A DNA stretch of 64,000 bases from Dehalococcoidia bacterium. GTDB lineage: Bacteria; Chloroflexota; Dehalococcoidia; Plut-88900. The stretch spans positions 64,001 through 128,000 of the forward strand of contig CBDBLV010000005.1 in the NCBI GenBank assembly GCA_965207225.1. Direction: 5' to 3'. The position numbers and the translations under genes are program-made. Under the pieces are notes generated by a model. That model was not told the DNA's origin. It saw nothing but the letters and a program-made list of their open reading frames with translations, and searched no databases. Below, in pieces: positions 17,582-28,287 of this stretch (position 1 is its first letter; every line of letters starts with the position of its first letter).

Positions 17582-17734
17582 GAACGAAAGGACTAGGAGT
17601 GTTGGGGCGGGGGTTCGGTTTTCTAGTTCCTTCTGCCATACCCCAATGATACATCAGGTGGTAGGATGTTTAGAAGCGATGCCCGTTCTTAGCCGTGCTA
17701 ACCGGCTAAACTTAGGTGTCGGGTGAAGGGTTAG

Positions 17735-19177
17735 ATGATCCCTCAGAAGGTAATCGAAGAGCTTGTCGGCGTGGTGGGGGAGCGGTATGTCCTATACGCT
17801 CCCGAGGACCTGATTGTCTTCGAATATGACGGTTCCCAGGCGACCGGCTACCCGGAGGTCGTGGTGGTTCCCGGGTCCGCGGAGGAGGTGGCCGAGGTGG
17901 TGAAAATCGCCTACGGGGAGGGGCTGCCGGTCGTGCCCCGGGGCGCGGGCACCAGCATCAGCGGCGGGGCCCTGGCCTCGACGGGCGGCATTCTTCTCGC
18001 TCTCACTAGGCTAAAGAGGGTGCTGGAGGTCGATACGGATAACCTGATAGCGGTAGTGGAGCCGGGTCTGGTCAACCTGGACCTGAGCGCCGCCGTAAGC
18101 AAGTTCGGCCTCTATTACGCCCCCGACCCCTCCAGCCAGAAGGCCTGCACCATCGGCGGGAACGTAGCGGAAAATGCAGGCGGGCCTCATTGCCTCTCCT
18201 ACGGGGTAACCACCAACCACGTTCTTGGGCTGGAGGTGGTCTTGCACAACGGTGATCTGATGTGGGTCGGGAGCAGGGTCAGGGACGTGCCGGGCTACGA
18301 CCTTACGGGCGCAATCGTGGGCTCGGAGGGGACGTTTGTGGTGGTGACGAAGATCTTGGTGCGGCTCACGCCAAAGCCCGAGTCCGTGGAGACCCTCCTG
18401 GCGGTATACGACAGCCCCATCGACGCCACCAATACGGTTTCGTCGGTAATCGGGGCGGGGATAGTTCCCGCGGCCCTGGAGATGATTGACAACGTGGTAA
18501 TACGGGCGGTGGAGAAGGTGATAAAGGCGGGGTTTCCGGAGGATGCGGGGGCCGTCCTGCTAATCGAGGTGGAAGGCCTGGAAGAGTCGACCCGGCAGGA
18601 GACTGCGGCCATCGAAGAGATTTGCAAGGCTCACAATGCCACCCTCGTCCGCTCCGCCAACGACCCCGCAGAAAGGGAGAGATTGTGGGCGGGCCGCAAG
18701 AGCGCCTTCGGAGCACTGGGAAGCGTGGCGCCCAACTACTACATAGTCGATGGCGTCGTGCCCCGTACTCGACTCCCCGAGATAATGGAGAAGGTGGAAG
18801 AGATTTGTGAACGATACGATGTCGTGGCGGGCAATGTCTTCCACGCCGGAGACGGCAACCTGCACCCGATAATCCTGTTCGACGACCGCATTGAGGGTGC
18901 AAAAGAGAACGTCCTTGGGGCCGGTGCCGAGATGCTGCGGGCCTGCATTGACGTTGGAGGGGCTTTGACCGGCGAACACGGCATAGGCGTCGAAAAGCAG
19001 ATGTACATGCCTTGGGCCTTCACGCAGGAAGACATGACGGCCATGAAACGGCTGCGGGCAGCCTTCAACCCCAACGCAACCTTCAACCCGGGCAAGATCT
19101 TCCCGGATGAGGCCCCGCCACATCACGAATCTGAACTGCACAGGCCCGTGCCCCAAGCCTCGGGCATGTATGTTTAG
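17735..19177 (+). CDS. glcD: Glycolate oxidase FAD subunit
   Basis: RGAGTS, YAPDPSSQKACTIGGNVAENAGG, HAGDGNLHP, GEHGIG. Confidence 0.92.
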   Translation: MIPQKVIEELVGVVGERYVLYAPEDLIVFEYDGSQATGYPEVVVVPGSAEEVAEVVKIAYGEGLPVVPRGAGTSISGGALASTGGILLALTRLKRVLEVDTDNLIAVVEPGLVNLDLSAAVSKFGLYYAPDPSSQKACTIGGNVAENAGGPHCLSYGVTTNHVLGLEVVLHNGDLMWVGSRVRDVPGYDLTGAIVGSEGTFVVVTKILVRLTPKPESVETLLAVYDSPIDATNTVSSVIGAGIVPAALEMIDNVVIRAVEKVIKAGFPEDAGAVLLIEVEGLEESTRQETAAIEEICKAHNATLVRSANDPAERERLWAGRKSAFGALGSVAPNYYIVDGVVPRTRLPEIMEKVEEICERYDVVAGNVFHAGDGNLHPIILFDDRIEGAKENVLGAGAEMLRACIDVGGALTGEHGIGVEKQMYMPWAFTQEDMTAMKRLRAAFNPNATFNPGKIFPDEAPPHHESELHRPVPQASGMYV

Positions 19178-19214
19178 CCAGGGCTTGAAGACCTAAATCA
19201 AGCAGGAGACGCCT

Positions 19215-20129
19215 ATGAGCAATCTTGAAAAGATGCAGGCCCGAATCGCCGCCGGTGAGACCATACTGATGGATGGGGGAATGGGCTCGGAGTTCGAGAG
19301 GCGAGGGCTCATCAGCCCCACGACCTGGTCGGGCGGGCCTATGCTCACGCATCCGGAGCTAGTTGCGGAGATCCACGAAGATTACATCAGGGCGGGTGCA
19401 GAGATCATTATCACGAATACGTTCGGCACCGGACGGGACATGCTCGAAGAGGGTGGCCTCGAGCACAAGGTACCCGAGGCCAACAGGAACGGAATCGAAG
19501 CGGCGGTTAAGGCAAGGAAGAACACGGGAACGGAGGACTCGGTGGTGATCGCAGCATCCGCCTCCACTATGAAGCCCAAGGCCCATGCCGAAGTTCCCGT
19601 TGCCTACGAAAAAGCCCTCGCAACCTACCTGGAACAGTTCGGAGAGCTGGCCAAGGGCGGCCCCGACGTGGCGGTCGGAGAGATGTTGGTGCGGATTTCG
19701 GACACCCTCGCCATAGTCGACGCCGCCAAACAGCTGGGGCTCCCGGCGTGGGTGGGGCTGTCGGTCATCCCTGATGGAGACGATCTGTACCTCGGCATTG
19801 ATGGCAGGCACGGCGGTGAGTCCCTGCAGGACGCCATGGACGCCATCAAGGACAAGGACATCGACGCTGTGTTCGTTATGCACACGCCGGTAGGGGACAC
19901 GGCGCCCGCGCTGGAGATAGTCAAGAATAGCTGGTCGGGAACCTTTGGCGCCTATGCTCATTTCCCGGGCCACAACACCGACAGGCCACTCCGGAATGCC
20001 CTCGACCCTCAGCAGTACGTGGAATACGCAAAGGGTTGGCAGGAGCAAGGCTCCCGCATCATAGGCGGGTGCTGCGGCACGAAGCCCGACCACATCCAGG
20101 CCCTGAAGGGGTGGCTCTCCGGCTCCTAG
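19215..20129 (+). CDS. Homocysteine S-methyltransferase family protein
   Basis: LMDGGMGSE, IHEDYIRAGAEIIITNTF, IIGGCCG. Confidence 0.85.
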   Translation: MSNLEKMQARIAAGETILMDGGMGSEFERRGLISPTTWSGGPMLTHPELVAEIHEDYIRAGAEIIITNTFGTGRDMLEEGGLEHKVPEANRNGIEAAVKARKNTGTEDSVVIAASASTMKPKAHAEVPVAYEKALATYLEQFGELAKGGPDVAVGEMLVRISDTLAIVDAAKQLGLPAWVGLSVIPDGDDLYLGIDGRHGGESLQDAMDAIKDKDIDAVFVMHTPVGDTAPALEIVKNSWSGTFGAYAHFPGHNTDRPLRNALDPQQYVEYAKGWQEQGSRIIGGCCGTKPDHIQALKGWLSGS

Positions 20130-20159
20130 TCGGGGTTCGCACAACCGAGCCGCATCGTC

Positions 20160-21521
20160 ATGGCCACACCCCACTCCCTGCAATGGGAGATCGACCGGAT
20201 TCCCCGCAACCGTAAGATTACTCACGGGCCGGGGCTCAAACAGTATGCTGTCGACGGCATTGAGCCGGGGGCCGCAGTCTTTCCGAACACAATCGAGGAA
20301 GTCAGCCACTTGCTCTCGGCGGCCGACCGGGATGGCAAGGCGGTCGTGCCTTGGGGCGGGGGCACCGTCATGCCCCTGGGAAACCTGCCCCGAGCCTGCG
20401 ACCTGGTAATCGGCACCTCAAGGCTCAACCGGGTCCTCGAATACGAACCCTCGGACCTGACGGTGGTGGTGGAAGCGGGGATTACTCTCGGGGCGCTGCA
20501 GGAAGAGCTTGGCGAAAAGGGGCAGTTCCTGCCCCTGGACCCTCCCCTCCCCGAGAAGGCGACGATCGGGGGCATCCTCTCCGCCAACTCCAGCGGGCCT
20601 ATCCGGGCCCATTTCGGGGCGATCAGGGACAGGCTCATAGGCATAAAGGTCGTTAACGCCAATGGTGACGTGACCAAGGGCGGCGGCAAGGTGGTTAAAA
20701 ACGTCTCGGGCTACGACATGAATAAGGTCTATACCGGGGCCCTGGGCACGCTGGGGATAATCGTTGAAGCGGCCTTCAAGCTGGCCCCGCTTTTCAAAGA
20801 GACCCGAACATTCTTGATCGGAGCCAGGACAGCACCCGAGGTTGAGGCTCTGGCCAAGGGGCTGCGCGAGGCAGGGGTGACTCCCGTGGCTCTCCAGTTG
20901 ATCGGGGGCATGGGCTTCGGGGTCCTTAACGGATACTGCGTGGCATTGCAGATAGGGGGAGTCAGGGAGGCCGTGGAGCGTCAGGGCCGGATGGTGGTGA
21001 GTCTATGCGAGTCCCATGGATGGAAGGCTACCGACGACGGCGACAAGTTCGGGTACATCCTGCGGGATAGTGAGTCAGGGTATACGATCGATGGCGGAGA
21101 GAGAGGTGAACTGCTTTGGAGGATGTTGCGCGATGCAGGTCGGGGCCCAAACTCCCCCGCAACCATGATCATCAAGGCAACTTGCCTCCCCTCCGCCAGT
21201 GTAGGGTTGGTGGAGCGTATTCGCTGCATTGGCGGGGAAGATCTGAGGATTTCCTGTAACATGGTGAACGGCGTAGTCTACGGATACTGGCTGGACGAGG
21301 GCGCCTCCACCGATGAACTAGAGGCGCACGTTTCGCAGGTTAGGAAAGCGGCTGCAGAACTCAACGGGCATTGCGTGGTGGAGGTCTGCCCGCGAGAATT
21401 GAAGGAACGTATCGACGTGTGGGGGCTGGAAGGGCCCCAGGTTGACCTGATGAAACGAATCAAAGAGCAGTTCGACCCCAACGGCACGCTGAACCCCGGC
21501 CGGTTTGTGAAGGGGATATAG
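20160..21521 (+). CDS. glcE: Glycolate oxidase FAD-binding subunit
   Basis: YEPSDLT, ATIGG, GGKVVKNVSGYD, FDPNGTLNPGRF. Confidence 0.88.
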   Translation: MATPHSLQWEIDRIPRNRKITHGPGLKQYAVDGIEPGAAVFPNTIEEVSHLLSAADRDGKAVVPWGGGTVMPLGNLPRACDLVIGTSRLNRVLEYEPSDLTVVVEAGITLGALQEELGEKGQFLPLDPPLPEKATIGGILSANSSGPIRAHFGAIRDRLIGIKVVNANGDVTKGGGKVVKNVSGYDMNKVYTGALGTLGIIVEAAFKLAPLFKETRTFLIGARTAPEVEALAKGLREAGVTPVALQLIGGMGFGVLNGYCVALQIGGVREAVERQGRMVVSLCESHGWKATDDGDKFGYILRDSESGYTIDGGERGELLWRMLRDAGRGPNSPATMIIKATCLPSASVGLVERIRCIGGEDLRISCNMVNGVVYGYWLDEGASTDELEAHVSQVRKAAAELNGHCVVEVCPRELKERIDVWGLEGPQVDLMKRIKEQFDPNGTLNPGRFVKGI

Positions 21522-21525
21522 GGCG

Positions 21526-22848
21526 TTGGTTAGAGCAGAAAAGTCGGCGATGGACCTGCTGGACCTTTCGGTTGGCGGCGTCACGGCGGAGGAACTCTAC
21601 CGCTGCGTCCACTGCGGCCTGTGCCTGAACCAGTGCCCGACCTATCTGGAGCTGGGCCTGGAGACCGAGTCCCCCCGGGGTCGGCTTGCCCTGATGAAGG
21701 CCGTAGCCGAGGGGCGGTTCGGGTACACGGACCGGCTGGTCGAGCACATGGAGCTTTGCCTGTTGTGTCGGGCGTGCGAGGCGGCTTGTCCCTCGGGGGT
21801 GCCGTTTGGGAGCCTGATGACCGAGACTCGGGCCAGAATCGAGGCGCAGACCTCCCGTCCCTTCATCGAAAGGACGGCCAGGAACATTGCCTTCAAGCAC
21901 CTGTTCCCTCACCAGGGCAGGTTAGGTCTGGCTTTCCGTATGCTTTCCCTTTACCAGGCATCAGGGCTGCAATGGCTTGTGAGGAATTCCCGGATGCTGA
22001 AGCTGCTGCCGACTCGCCTGGCCCACATGGAGTCGATGCTTCCCAAGCTGTCCTTCAGCCCCTACCCCCGGGGCAAGGCGAAGAGCGTACCGGCGAAGGG
22101 GGCTGAGAAGAAGACCGTGGCCCTTTTTTCCGGGTGCATCATGCCCCTGGTTTTTGGGCCCGTGAACCGGGCGACGGTGAACGTGCTGTCCAAGAACGGC
22201 TGCCGGGTGGACATCCCGGGCGGGCAGGGTTGCTGCGGGGCACTGAACGTACACAGCGGCGAGCGGGACTCAGCCCGCGAGATGGCCCGCAGGAATATAG
22301 AAGCTTTCGCGGATGCTGACACCGTTGTCGTAAACGCCGCAGGGTGCGGGGCCATGCTGAAGGAGTACGAAGAACTGCTCGCGGAGGACCCCGGCTACTC
22401 AGGCAAGGCAGAGACTTTCGTCGCCAAAGTCAAAGACGTTCACGAGTTTCTCGCCGACCTGCCCCTCACGCCGCCCAGGTCGGGGTTCAAGAAGCGGGTT
22501 ACCTACCAGGACTCATGTCACCTGATACACGCCCAGAGAATCAGGGAGGCGCCACGCAAGGTTCTGAACTCGATTCCCGGGGTGGAGCTCTGCGAAATGC
22601 CGAACTCGGACAAGTGCTGCGGGGCGGCGGGGGTCTACAACATCGTCAACCCGGAGCTTTCCTCCCAGCTGCTGGACAGCAAGATGAGGGACGTCAACTC
22701 AGCCGACGCCGATGTCGTGACCACGGCCAACCCGGGGTGCATGTTGCAACTTGATATGGGTCTGCGCAATCAAGGACAAACGACGCGCTCCTACCACGTA
22801 GTGGAGCTGCTGGACGAGGCTTACCGGCAGGAAGAAAAGTCGGGCTAG
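21526..22848 (+). CDS. glcF: Glycolate oxidase Fe-S subunit
   Basis: CVHCGLC..CP, ESPRGR, CLLCRACEAACPSGV, two CCG domains. Confidence 0.9.
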   Translation: MVRAEKSAMDLLDLSVGGVTAEELYRCVHCGLCLNQCPTYLELGLETESPRGRLALMKAVAEGRFGYTDRLVEHMELCLLCRACEAACPSGVPFGSLMTETRARIEAQTSRPFIERTARNIAFKHLFPHQGRLGLAFRMLSLYQASGLQWLVRNSRMLKLLPTRLAHMESMLPKLSFSPYPRGKAKSVPAKGAEKKTVALFSGCIMPLVFGPVNRATVNVLSKNGCRVDIPGGQGCCGALNVHSGERDSAREMARRNIEAFADADTVVVNAAGCGAMLKEYEELLAEDPGYSGKAETFVAKVKDVHEFLADLPLTPPRSGFKKRVTYQDSCHLIHAQRIREAPRKVLNSIPGVELCEMPNSDKCCGAAGVYNIVNPELSSQLLDSKMRDVNSADADVVTTANPGCMLQLDMGLRNQGQTTRSYHVVELLDEAYRQEEKSG

Positions 22849-24014
22849 GAGGCTCTCGCGTACACCCGGCTCGCCGCGGCTACACCCGCTGAGACTGCAA
22901 CCTCGTAGTCCAGCCCATTCAAAACCCGGCCCAGCGCCGATAGTATGAGCAGTACGTTGGTCTCCTGCGACGAGTAGCCCATCAGCCCAACCCTTACCAC
23001 CTTACCCGCGAATGGGCCGAGCCCTCCGCCCGTTTCGATGTTGTAGTCGTTGAGCAAGGCCATGCGGACGGCGTTGGCGTCGACGCCTTCGGGCATGCGG
23101 ACTCCGTTCACGGTGTTGGACCGCACCTCTTTGTCGGCGACGATGGAGAGACCCATGGCATCAACACCCGCGCGGAGGGCGTCGGCGTTGAGCTGGTGCC
23201 GGGCGAAGCTGTTCTCCAGCCCCTCTTCCGTCAGGATCCGTAGCGACTCTCGCAGGGCGTAGATCATGGAAGCGGGGGCGGTGTGGTGGTACTTCCGGGC
23301 GCTGATCCAGTACTCGTCCAGCATGGACAAGTCCAGGTACCAGCTTCGGGATGGAGACTTCCGGGACTTCATGGCCTCCACAGCGCGGGGGTTCATGGTG
23401 ATGGGCGCGAGGCCCGGCGGGCAGCTCAGGCTCTTCTGGCTCCCGCTGTAGCAGATGTCGATGCCCAGATCGTCGACGGGCAGCCTCTGACCCCCGAGAG
23501 ATGCTACGCTGTCGACCAGGAACATGGCGCCGTGGGAACGCGCCAGTTGGCCGATTTCCTCCAGCGGCTGCAGGACGCCCGTGGAGGTCTCGCAGTGGAC
23601 GAGGGCCACGACTTTCGTGTTTGGGTTGGCGGCCAGGGCCTCTTCGACCGCGGCGGGGGTCACGGCCTTGCCCCATTCAGCTTCCACCTTGACGACGTTG
23701 GCATCGCAGCGGGCGGCTATTTCGGCGATGCGGGAGGCGAAGAATCCAGCGACACCCACGACGATAGTGTCGCCCGGTTCCAGGGAGTTGTAGAGGGCGG
23801 CTTCCATACCAGCTGACCCAGAACCCGAGATTGGAAGAGTGAGTCCGTTGCCGGTCTGGAAGACCTCTCGCAACAGTTCAACCGTTTCGTCCATGATGGC
23901 CCAGAAATCGGGGTCCATATGGGAGAGCACGGGCCCCGCCATGGAGGCGTAGACTCGGGGGTGAACGTTGCTCGGGCCTGGGCCTAGAAGGGTCTTGGGG
24001 GTGGGTTCGGTCAT
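22845..24014 (-). CDS. Alanine/serine-glyoxylate aminotransferase (class V)
   Basis: LLGPGPSNV, HCETSTGV, SGSQKSLSCPPG, YHHTAP. Confidence 0.9.
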   Translation of the reverse strand: MTEPTPKTLLGPGPSNVHPRVYASMAGPVLSHMDPDFWAIMDETVELLREVFQTGNGLTLPISGSGSAGMEAALYNSLEPGDTIVVGVAGFFASRIAEIAARCDANVVKVEAEWGKAVTPAAVEEALAANPNTKVVALVHCETSTGVLQPLEEIGQLARSHGAMFLVDSVASLGGQRLPVDDLGIDICYSGSQKSLSCPPGLAPITMNPRAVEAMKSRKSPSRSWYLDLSMLDEYWISARKYHHTAPASMIYALRESLRILTEEGLENSFARHQLNADALRAGVDAMGLSIVADKEVRSNTVNGVRMPEGVDANAVRMALLNDYNIETGGGLGPFAGKVVRVGLMGYSSQETNVLLILSALGRVLNGLDYEVAVSAGVAAASRVYARAS

Positions 24015-24091
24015 GGCTATGTCCTCGCAGGGAAAGTGGGCGTAGTGTAGCCGTCGGGGTTGGGGAGCGTCAATTTTGCCCGAGAGAGCGA

Positions 24092-24745
24092 CTAGCCCAG
24101 CATCGCCAGATCAAAGTCCGCCAGGGACTCGATGTGGTGGTCTGCATGAGACAGGTCTAGCCCCCGAGTCATCTCCGTCAGCACCGCCACCACGGTCATA
24201 CCCGCCGCCTTCCCCGCCTGGATCCCGTGGGGCGAGTCCTCGAACACGAGACATCGCGTCGGGTCGACGCCCAGTTTGTTGGCTGCCGTCAGGTAGATCT
24301 CCGGGTGCGGCTTGCCGTCAGTGACCATGTCCCCCGACATCACCACCTTGAACCGACCTTTCACCTTCAGAATCGTCAGGATGACGTCGACCCAGTTGCC
24401 CTGCGATGACGACGCCAGTCCGAAGGGCAGGCCCCGATCGTCAAGGGTGTCGAGCAGGGAGTAGAGGCCCGGCGAAGGCTCGATGTTCTCCCTGAGGTTC
24501 TTGAGCAACACCTCGTCGTAGATGCCGATCCAGTCTTGCAGGTCTCCGTCGAGCCGGAAACGGTCCTTGAGGGTCTGCCAGGTGAACTCGACGGTCGTGC
24601 CCAGGATGATGCGGTTGTCCTCGTCGGACAGGGAATGTCCGTGGGCTTGCAGCACCTGGTTCAGGGAGAGGTGGTAGAGGGGTTCGCTGTCTGCCAGTAC
24701 GCCGTCCATGTCGAAGATGACGGCCTCGATGGGTTGGATAGGCAT
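24092..24745 (-). CDS. HAD-family phosphatase (beta-PGM/CbbY-like)
   Basis: FDMDGVLADSE, KPHPEIY, FEDSPHG. Confidence 0.88.
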   Translation of the reverse strand: MPIQPIEAVIFDMDGVLADSEPLYHLSLNQVLQAHGHSLSDEDNRIILGTTVEFTWQTLKDRFRLDGDLQDWIGIYDEVLLKNLRENIEPSPGLYSLLDTLDDRGLPFGLASSSQGNWVDVILTILKVKGRFKVVMSGDMVTDGKPHPEIYLTAANKLGVDPTRCLVFEDSPHGIQAGKAAGMTVVAVLTEMTRGLDLSHADHHIESLADFDLAMLG

Positions 24746-24852
24746 TGCGGCGGATATTTTAGCACCGGTCGGGGCCCGTGCGCCTCGATTGACAGCCCAA
24801 ACCCGACTCTCTAATGTTGTATGCAGCACTTCTTCTCGCACCTGCTTGACCC

Positions 24853-25689
24853 ATGTTTCCCATCTCCGACCCCGAACACCCCCGATACGGCATACCTTAC
24901 GTCAACGTGGGCATCATGGCCCTGTGCATCCTGGTCTTCCTCTACCAGGTGCTTCTGCTGGACGACTACCAGCTGTCTCGCTTCTACAACAACTACGGAG
25001 TACTCCCCTACGAGTTGACGGGGCAAGGGGACCTGGGAGAGCAGGTGAATGCGCTTCTGGAGGAGGGCGACAGGTCGGTGCTGGAGGTGGAGGGGGTGTC
25101 GAGCACTCTTGCGCGTCATGCTCTACAGGCCCAACCGGACGGCACCGTGCGCTTCGCCGACGTTCGCAACGTCTACGAAGGCGGCCCGGGCCCCTGGGTG
25201 ACGCTCTTCACCTCCATGTTCATGCACGGAGGTTGGATGCACCTGATAGGGAACATGCTGTTCCTGTGGGTGTTCGGGGACAACCTGGAGGCGCGGATGG
25301 GTCGGGTGAAGTACCTGGTGTTTTACCTGGTGTCGGGGCTGTTCGCGTCGGCGGCGCAGGTGGGCATCGACATGGACTCCGCAATCCCGACCATCGGGGC
25401 CAGCGGCGCAATAGCCGGTGTCCTGGGCGGCTACCTTGTCCTCTTCCCCCACGCCCGGATACAGACCTTGATATTCATGATTCTCATCACGGTCATAGCC
25501 GTGCCGGCATGGCTGCTGATCGGGATATGGGTAATGCTCCAGTTCTTCAACGGGTTCATCTCGCTGGGGGGCGAGTTCGCCCAGGGTGTGGCGTACTGGG
25601 CGCACATCGGGGGGTTCGTGGCAGGGTTCCTGATGCTCGGGGCGATGGCGGGGTTCTCACGGACTCGGGGGTTGCTGGGTGGGGGGTGA
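24853..25689 (+). CDS. Rhomboid intramembrane serine protease
   Basis: HGGWMHLIGNMLFL, GASG, AHIGG. Confidence 0.93.
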   Translation: MFPISDPEHPRYGIPYVNVGIMALCILVFLYQVLLLDDYQLSRFYNNYGVLPYELTGQGDLGEQVNALLEEGDRSVLEVEGVSSTLARHALQAQPDGTVRFADVRNVYEGGPGPWVTLFTSMFMHGGWMHLIGNMLFLWVFGDNLEARMGRVKYLVFYLVSGLFASAAQVGIDMDSAIPTIGASGAIAGVLGGYLVLFPHARIQTLIFMILITVIAVPAWLLIGIWVMLQFFNGFISLGGEFAQGVAYWAHIGGFVAGFLMLGAMAGFSRTRGLLGGG

Positions 25690-25701
25690 GGGGACTGCCG
25701 T

Positions 25702-28242
25702 ATGAGACGACATATCCTGATGTTGACCCTATTGGCGGCCATTCTGGTTGCCGCCTGCCGGCCTCCGACTCCCACCCCCCTTCCTACTCCTACGTCTACG
25801 CCCCAGGCGACGATCGAGGCTTCTCCCACCGCCACCCCCAGCCCGACCTCTGTCCCTGAACCCACGGCTACTCCGACACCTCTTCCCGAGCCGACCCCCA
25901 CCCCATCCCCCACTCCGGCGCCCCTCTACCTGGAAGGGTGGCGATCCGTGCCGGGTTCCGGGGCCCTGGAGCGGGGCAAGCCGGAGTTGGCTGACAAGAT
26001 AATAGCGCTGCCCTGGGTGTTGGATGGGATTGCCGGTACCGAGCGGGAGGTCGTGCGGCAGTTTGTCAGCGCCGCCATGCTGGATGAGCAGGTCTTTCTT
26101 GCGGTGGTGGACAGGCCGTGGGTTTTGGACGGCCTCAACAGGACGGAGCGAAACATCCTTCAGGCATTGACTCGATTCAGGAACCAGTCAGTGGCCGCAC
26201 TCATTCCTGGTATGCCCTTCCTGGAAACCGTGGAGTCGGCGGACAGGGCCACCGTGGACATGCTTGCGGACCTAGATAACAGCGCGCCGGGACTACTCCA
26301 AGCGATGCTTGGCAAGTCATGGATTGCTGACGGCCTTGATAGCTCCGAGCGTGAGGTTGTTGACTTGCTCTGGGGCGTTGCCCATGTAGACGAATCCCTC
26401 GCCTCATACATGCTTGGTTTATCCTTCCTCGAGACCGTTCACCCTACTGATATCGCCATAGTGCAGGCCCTCGGCAGGTTGGTGCCATTTGGAGAGGAAC
26501 TGTTGTCCGTAGTGGCGGAGAGACCCTGGGTAATGGACGGCCTCGACGAAGCCGAGGCAGCTGTCCTTGAGGGCTTCGAAGAGATTGCGAGTGAACATGA
26601 AGACATTGCGCTGCATATCCTCGGCATGTCTTTCTTGGATACCGTAGAAGTGACAGACGTCCCAACGATTGAAGTCCTGCAGGAGTTCGCGCCTTATGGG
26701 ACAACCCTCCTAACCGGCCTGGCCCACACACCTTGGGTAACGGATGGGCTAGACGAGACCGAACAAGAAATGGTCAACCGCCTTAGTCGCATAGTTGGAT
26801 CGGAGGATGAATTCGGCTTGCGCCTAGCCTCGCAGGTAGTCAATTCCGGATGGTTTACCGACGGTATAAATTGGGACGAAGCTTGGACGATGCATGTATT
26901 AGTCACCGTGGTCAACGAATACCGACAAGTGCTCCCAGCGATACTCGAATTCCACTGGGCCTTCGACGAGGACTTAACCATCTCTGAAAAGAACACGGTT
27001 ACCCGTGTGAGAGACTTAGAGCTTTTCAATCCCGGTTCTGGGGTGCTGCTTGTCGAATTACCGTGGCTTTATGACGACATCAACAACATCGAGGACGATG
27101 CGCTCGGCTATATAAGGCATCTGGCGGAATTTAATACCGGGGTGGATGCGCAGCTCATCGGACTTCCCTGGATTTCTGAAGAAATCGGATATGCCGAGCT
27201 CAATGAGCTTCGCGGTTTGGGCAACGTGCTTAGCGTGGCGCGTACCCTCGACCGCGACGGTTCCGATCTTCTCCATCTTCTTGTAGAAGATGCCGAGTAC
27301 CCATATCGCCCGATTGATAGCATGTTAATGCGCAGCCTGGGACGGGGCCCCATGGATCAGGAAACCAAGCGCAAGCTTCTTGAAGACTTGATGGTTGCAG
27401 ACTGGTTTGCAGACGGACTTACGGATCTGGAGCGGATACATATCATCGGATTCAGCAGCGAGTATAGCCACTATCGAGACCTGCCAAATCTGGGAATGTC
27501 AGTGATACAGTCCAGGACGATTGAGACACCGCTGGCAGGCGAAGTCAACCTTTGGATGGTGGGACGCGGTGAATTGCCCTGGGAAGGGGCGCTGGATTGG
27601 CTCGAAGAGTCTGTTCTAGGAGCGGAGTGGCTGATAGGGGAGCCGTTCCCGGTTGGAGACCTAGTAGTCGCGGTGGTGGCTGCTGCTGGCTATGATGATA
27701 GGTCTCCTCCCTGGGCCGGTAGGTCCTTCGACGGGAACCAACGTATAGAGATAGTTGACATTGTGTCCGACGAAGGCATGCGGGATACACTGCACCACGA
27801 GGTAGCCCATACGTACTTTAATCACAGGTTGAGCGCCAGATGGTTCAGTGAGGCCGGGGCCGAGTACGTCCGGGAGTACATACGTGAATGGAAAGGCTAT
27901 TCTCTTCAAGACAAACACTCTCGCGTGGAGAAGCTGGTACGAGATGATTGCACGACTGCAGGAGTCTTGCAGATAGTGGAAGCCTTGGTTGATGAGCCGG
28001 AAGTACCAACCTTCTGCAGATATCATATTGGTCTGCACCTGCTGCTCAACCTGGAGAACATAGTTGGCATTGAAGCCATGATGGCGTCTCTGGGAGAACT
28101 TCATCAGAGACGTATTACCCATGAAGTCCCCAACAACGACCAGGATATATATGAGGCTTTTCTGAGACACGCGCCGCAGGGAACGGAGCATGAGGTAGAG
28201 GAGCTATGGGGCAGGATATATGGCTCGTTCGCCGAGCGGTAG
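25702..28242 (+). CDS. Large lipoprotein: PT linker, PWxxDG repeats, gluzincin-like domain
   Basis: Lipobox ILVAAC; about ten W-x-x-D-G-type repeats; HEVAH...WFSE. Confidence 0.75.
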   Translation: MRRHILMLTLLAAILVAACRPPTPTPLPTPTSTPQATIEASPTATPSPTSVPEPTATPTPLPEPTPTPSPTPAPLYLEGWRSVPGSGALERGKPELADKIIALPWVLDGIAGTEREVVRQFVSAAMLDEQVFLAVVDRPWVLDGLNRTERNILQALTRFRNQSVAALIPGMPFLETVESADRATVDMLADLDNSAPGLLQAMLGKSWIADGLDSSEREVVDLLWGVAHVDESLASYMLGLSFLETVHPTDIAIVQALGRLVPFGEELLSVVAERPWVMDGLDEAEAAVLEGFEEIASEHEDIALHILGMSFLDTVEVTDVPTIEVLQEFAPYGTTLLTGLAHTPWVTDGLDETEQEMVNRLSRIVGSEDEFGLRLASQVVNSGWFTDGINWDEAWTMHVLVTVVNEYRQVLPAILEFHWAFDEDLTISEKNTVTRVRDLELFNPGSGVLLVELPWLYDDINNIEDDALGYIRHLAEFNTGVDAQLIGLPWISEEIGYAELNELRGLGNVLSVARTLDRDGSDLLHLLVEDAEYPYRPIDSMLMRSLGRGPMDQETKRKLLEDLMVADWFADGLTDLERIHIIGFSSEYSHYRDLPNLGMSVIQSRTIETPLAGEVNLWMVGRGELPWEGALDWLEESVLGAEWLIGEPFPVGDLVVAVVAAAGYDDRSPPWAGRSFDGNQRIEIVDIVSDEGMRDTLHHEVAHTYFNHRLSARWFSEAGAEYVREYIREWKGYSLQDKHSRVEKLVRDDCTTAGVLQIVEALVDEPEVPTFCRYHIGLHLLLNLENIVGIEAMMASLGELHQRRITHEVPNNDQDIYEAFLRHAPQGTEHEVEELWGRIYGSFAER

Positions 28243-28287
28243 GGAGCCGAGGGAGAGTATTCTTGTGAACGACGCGCTAAGGAGGCT

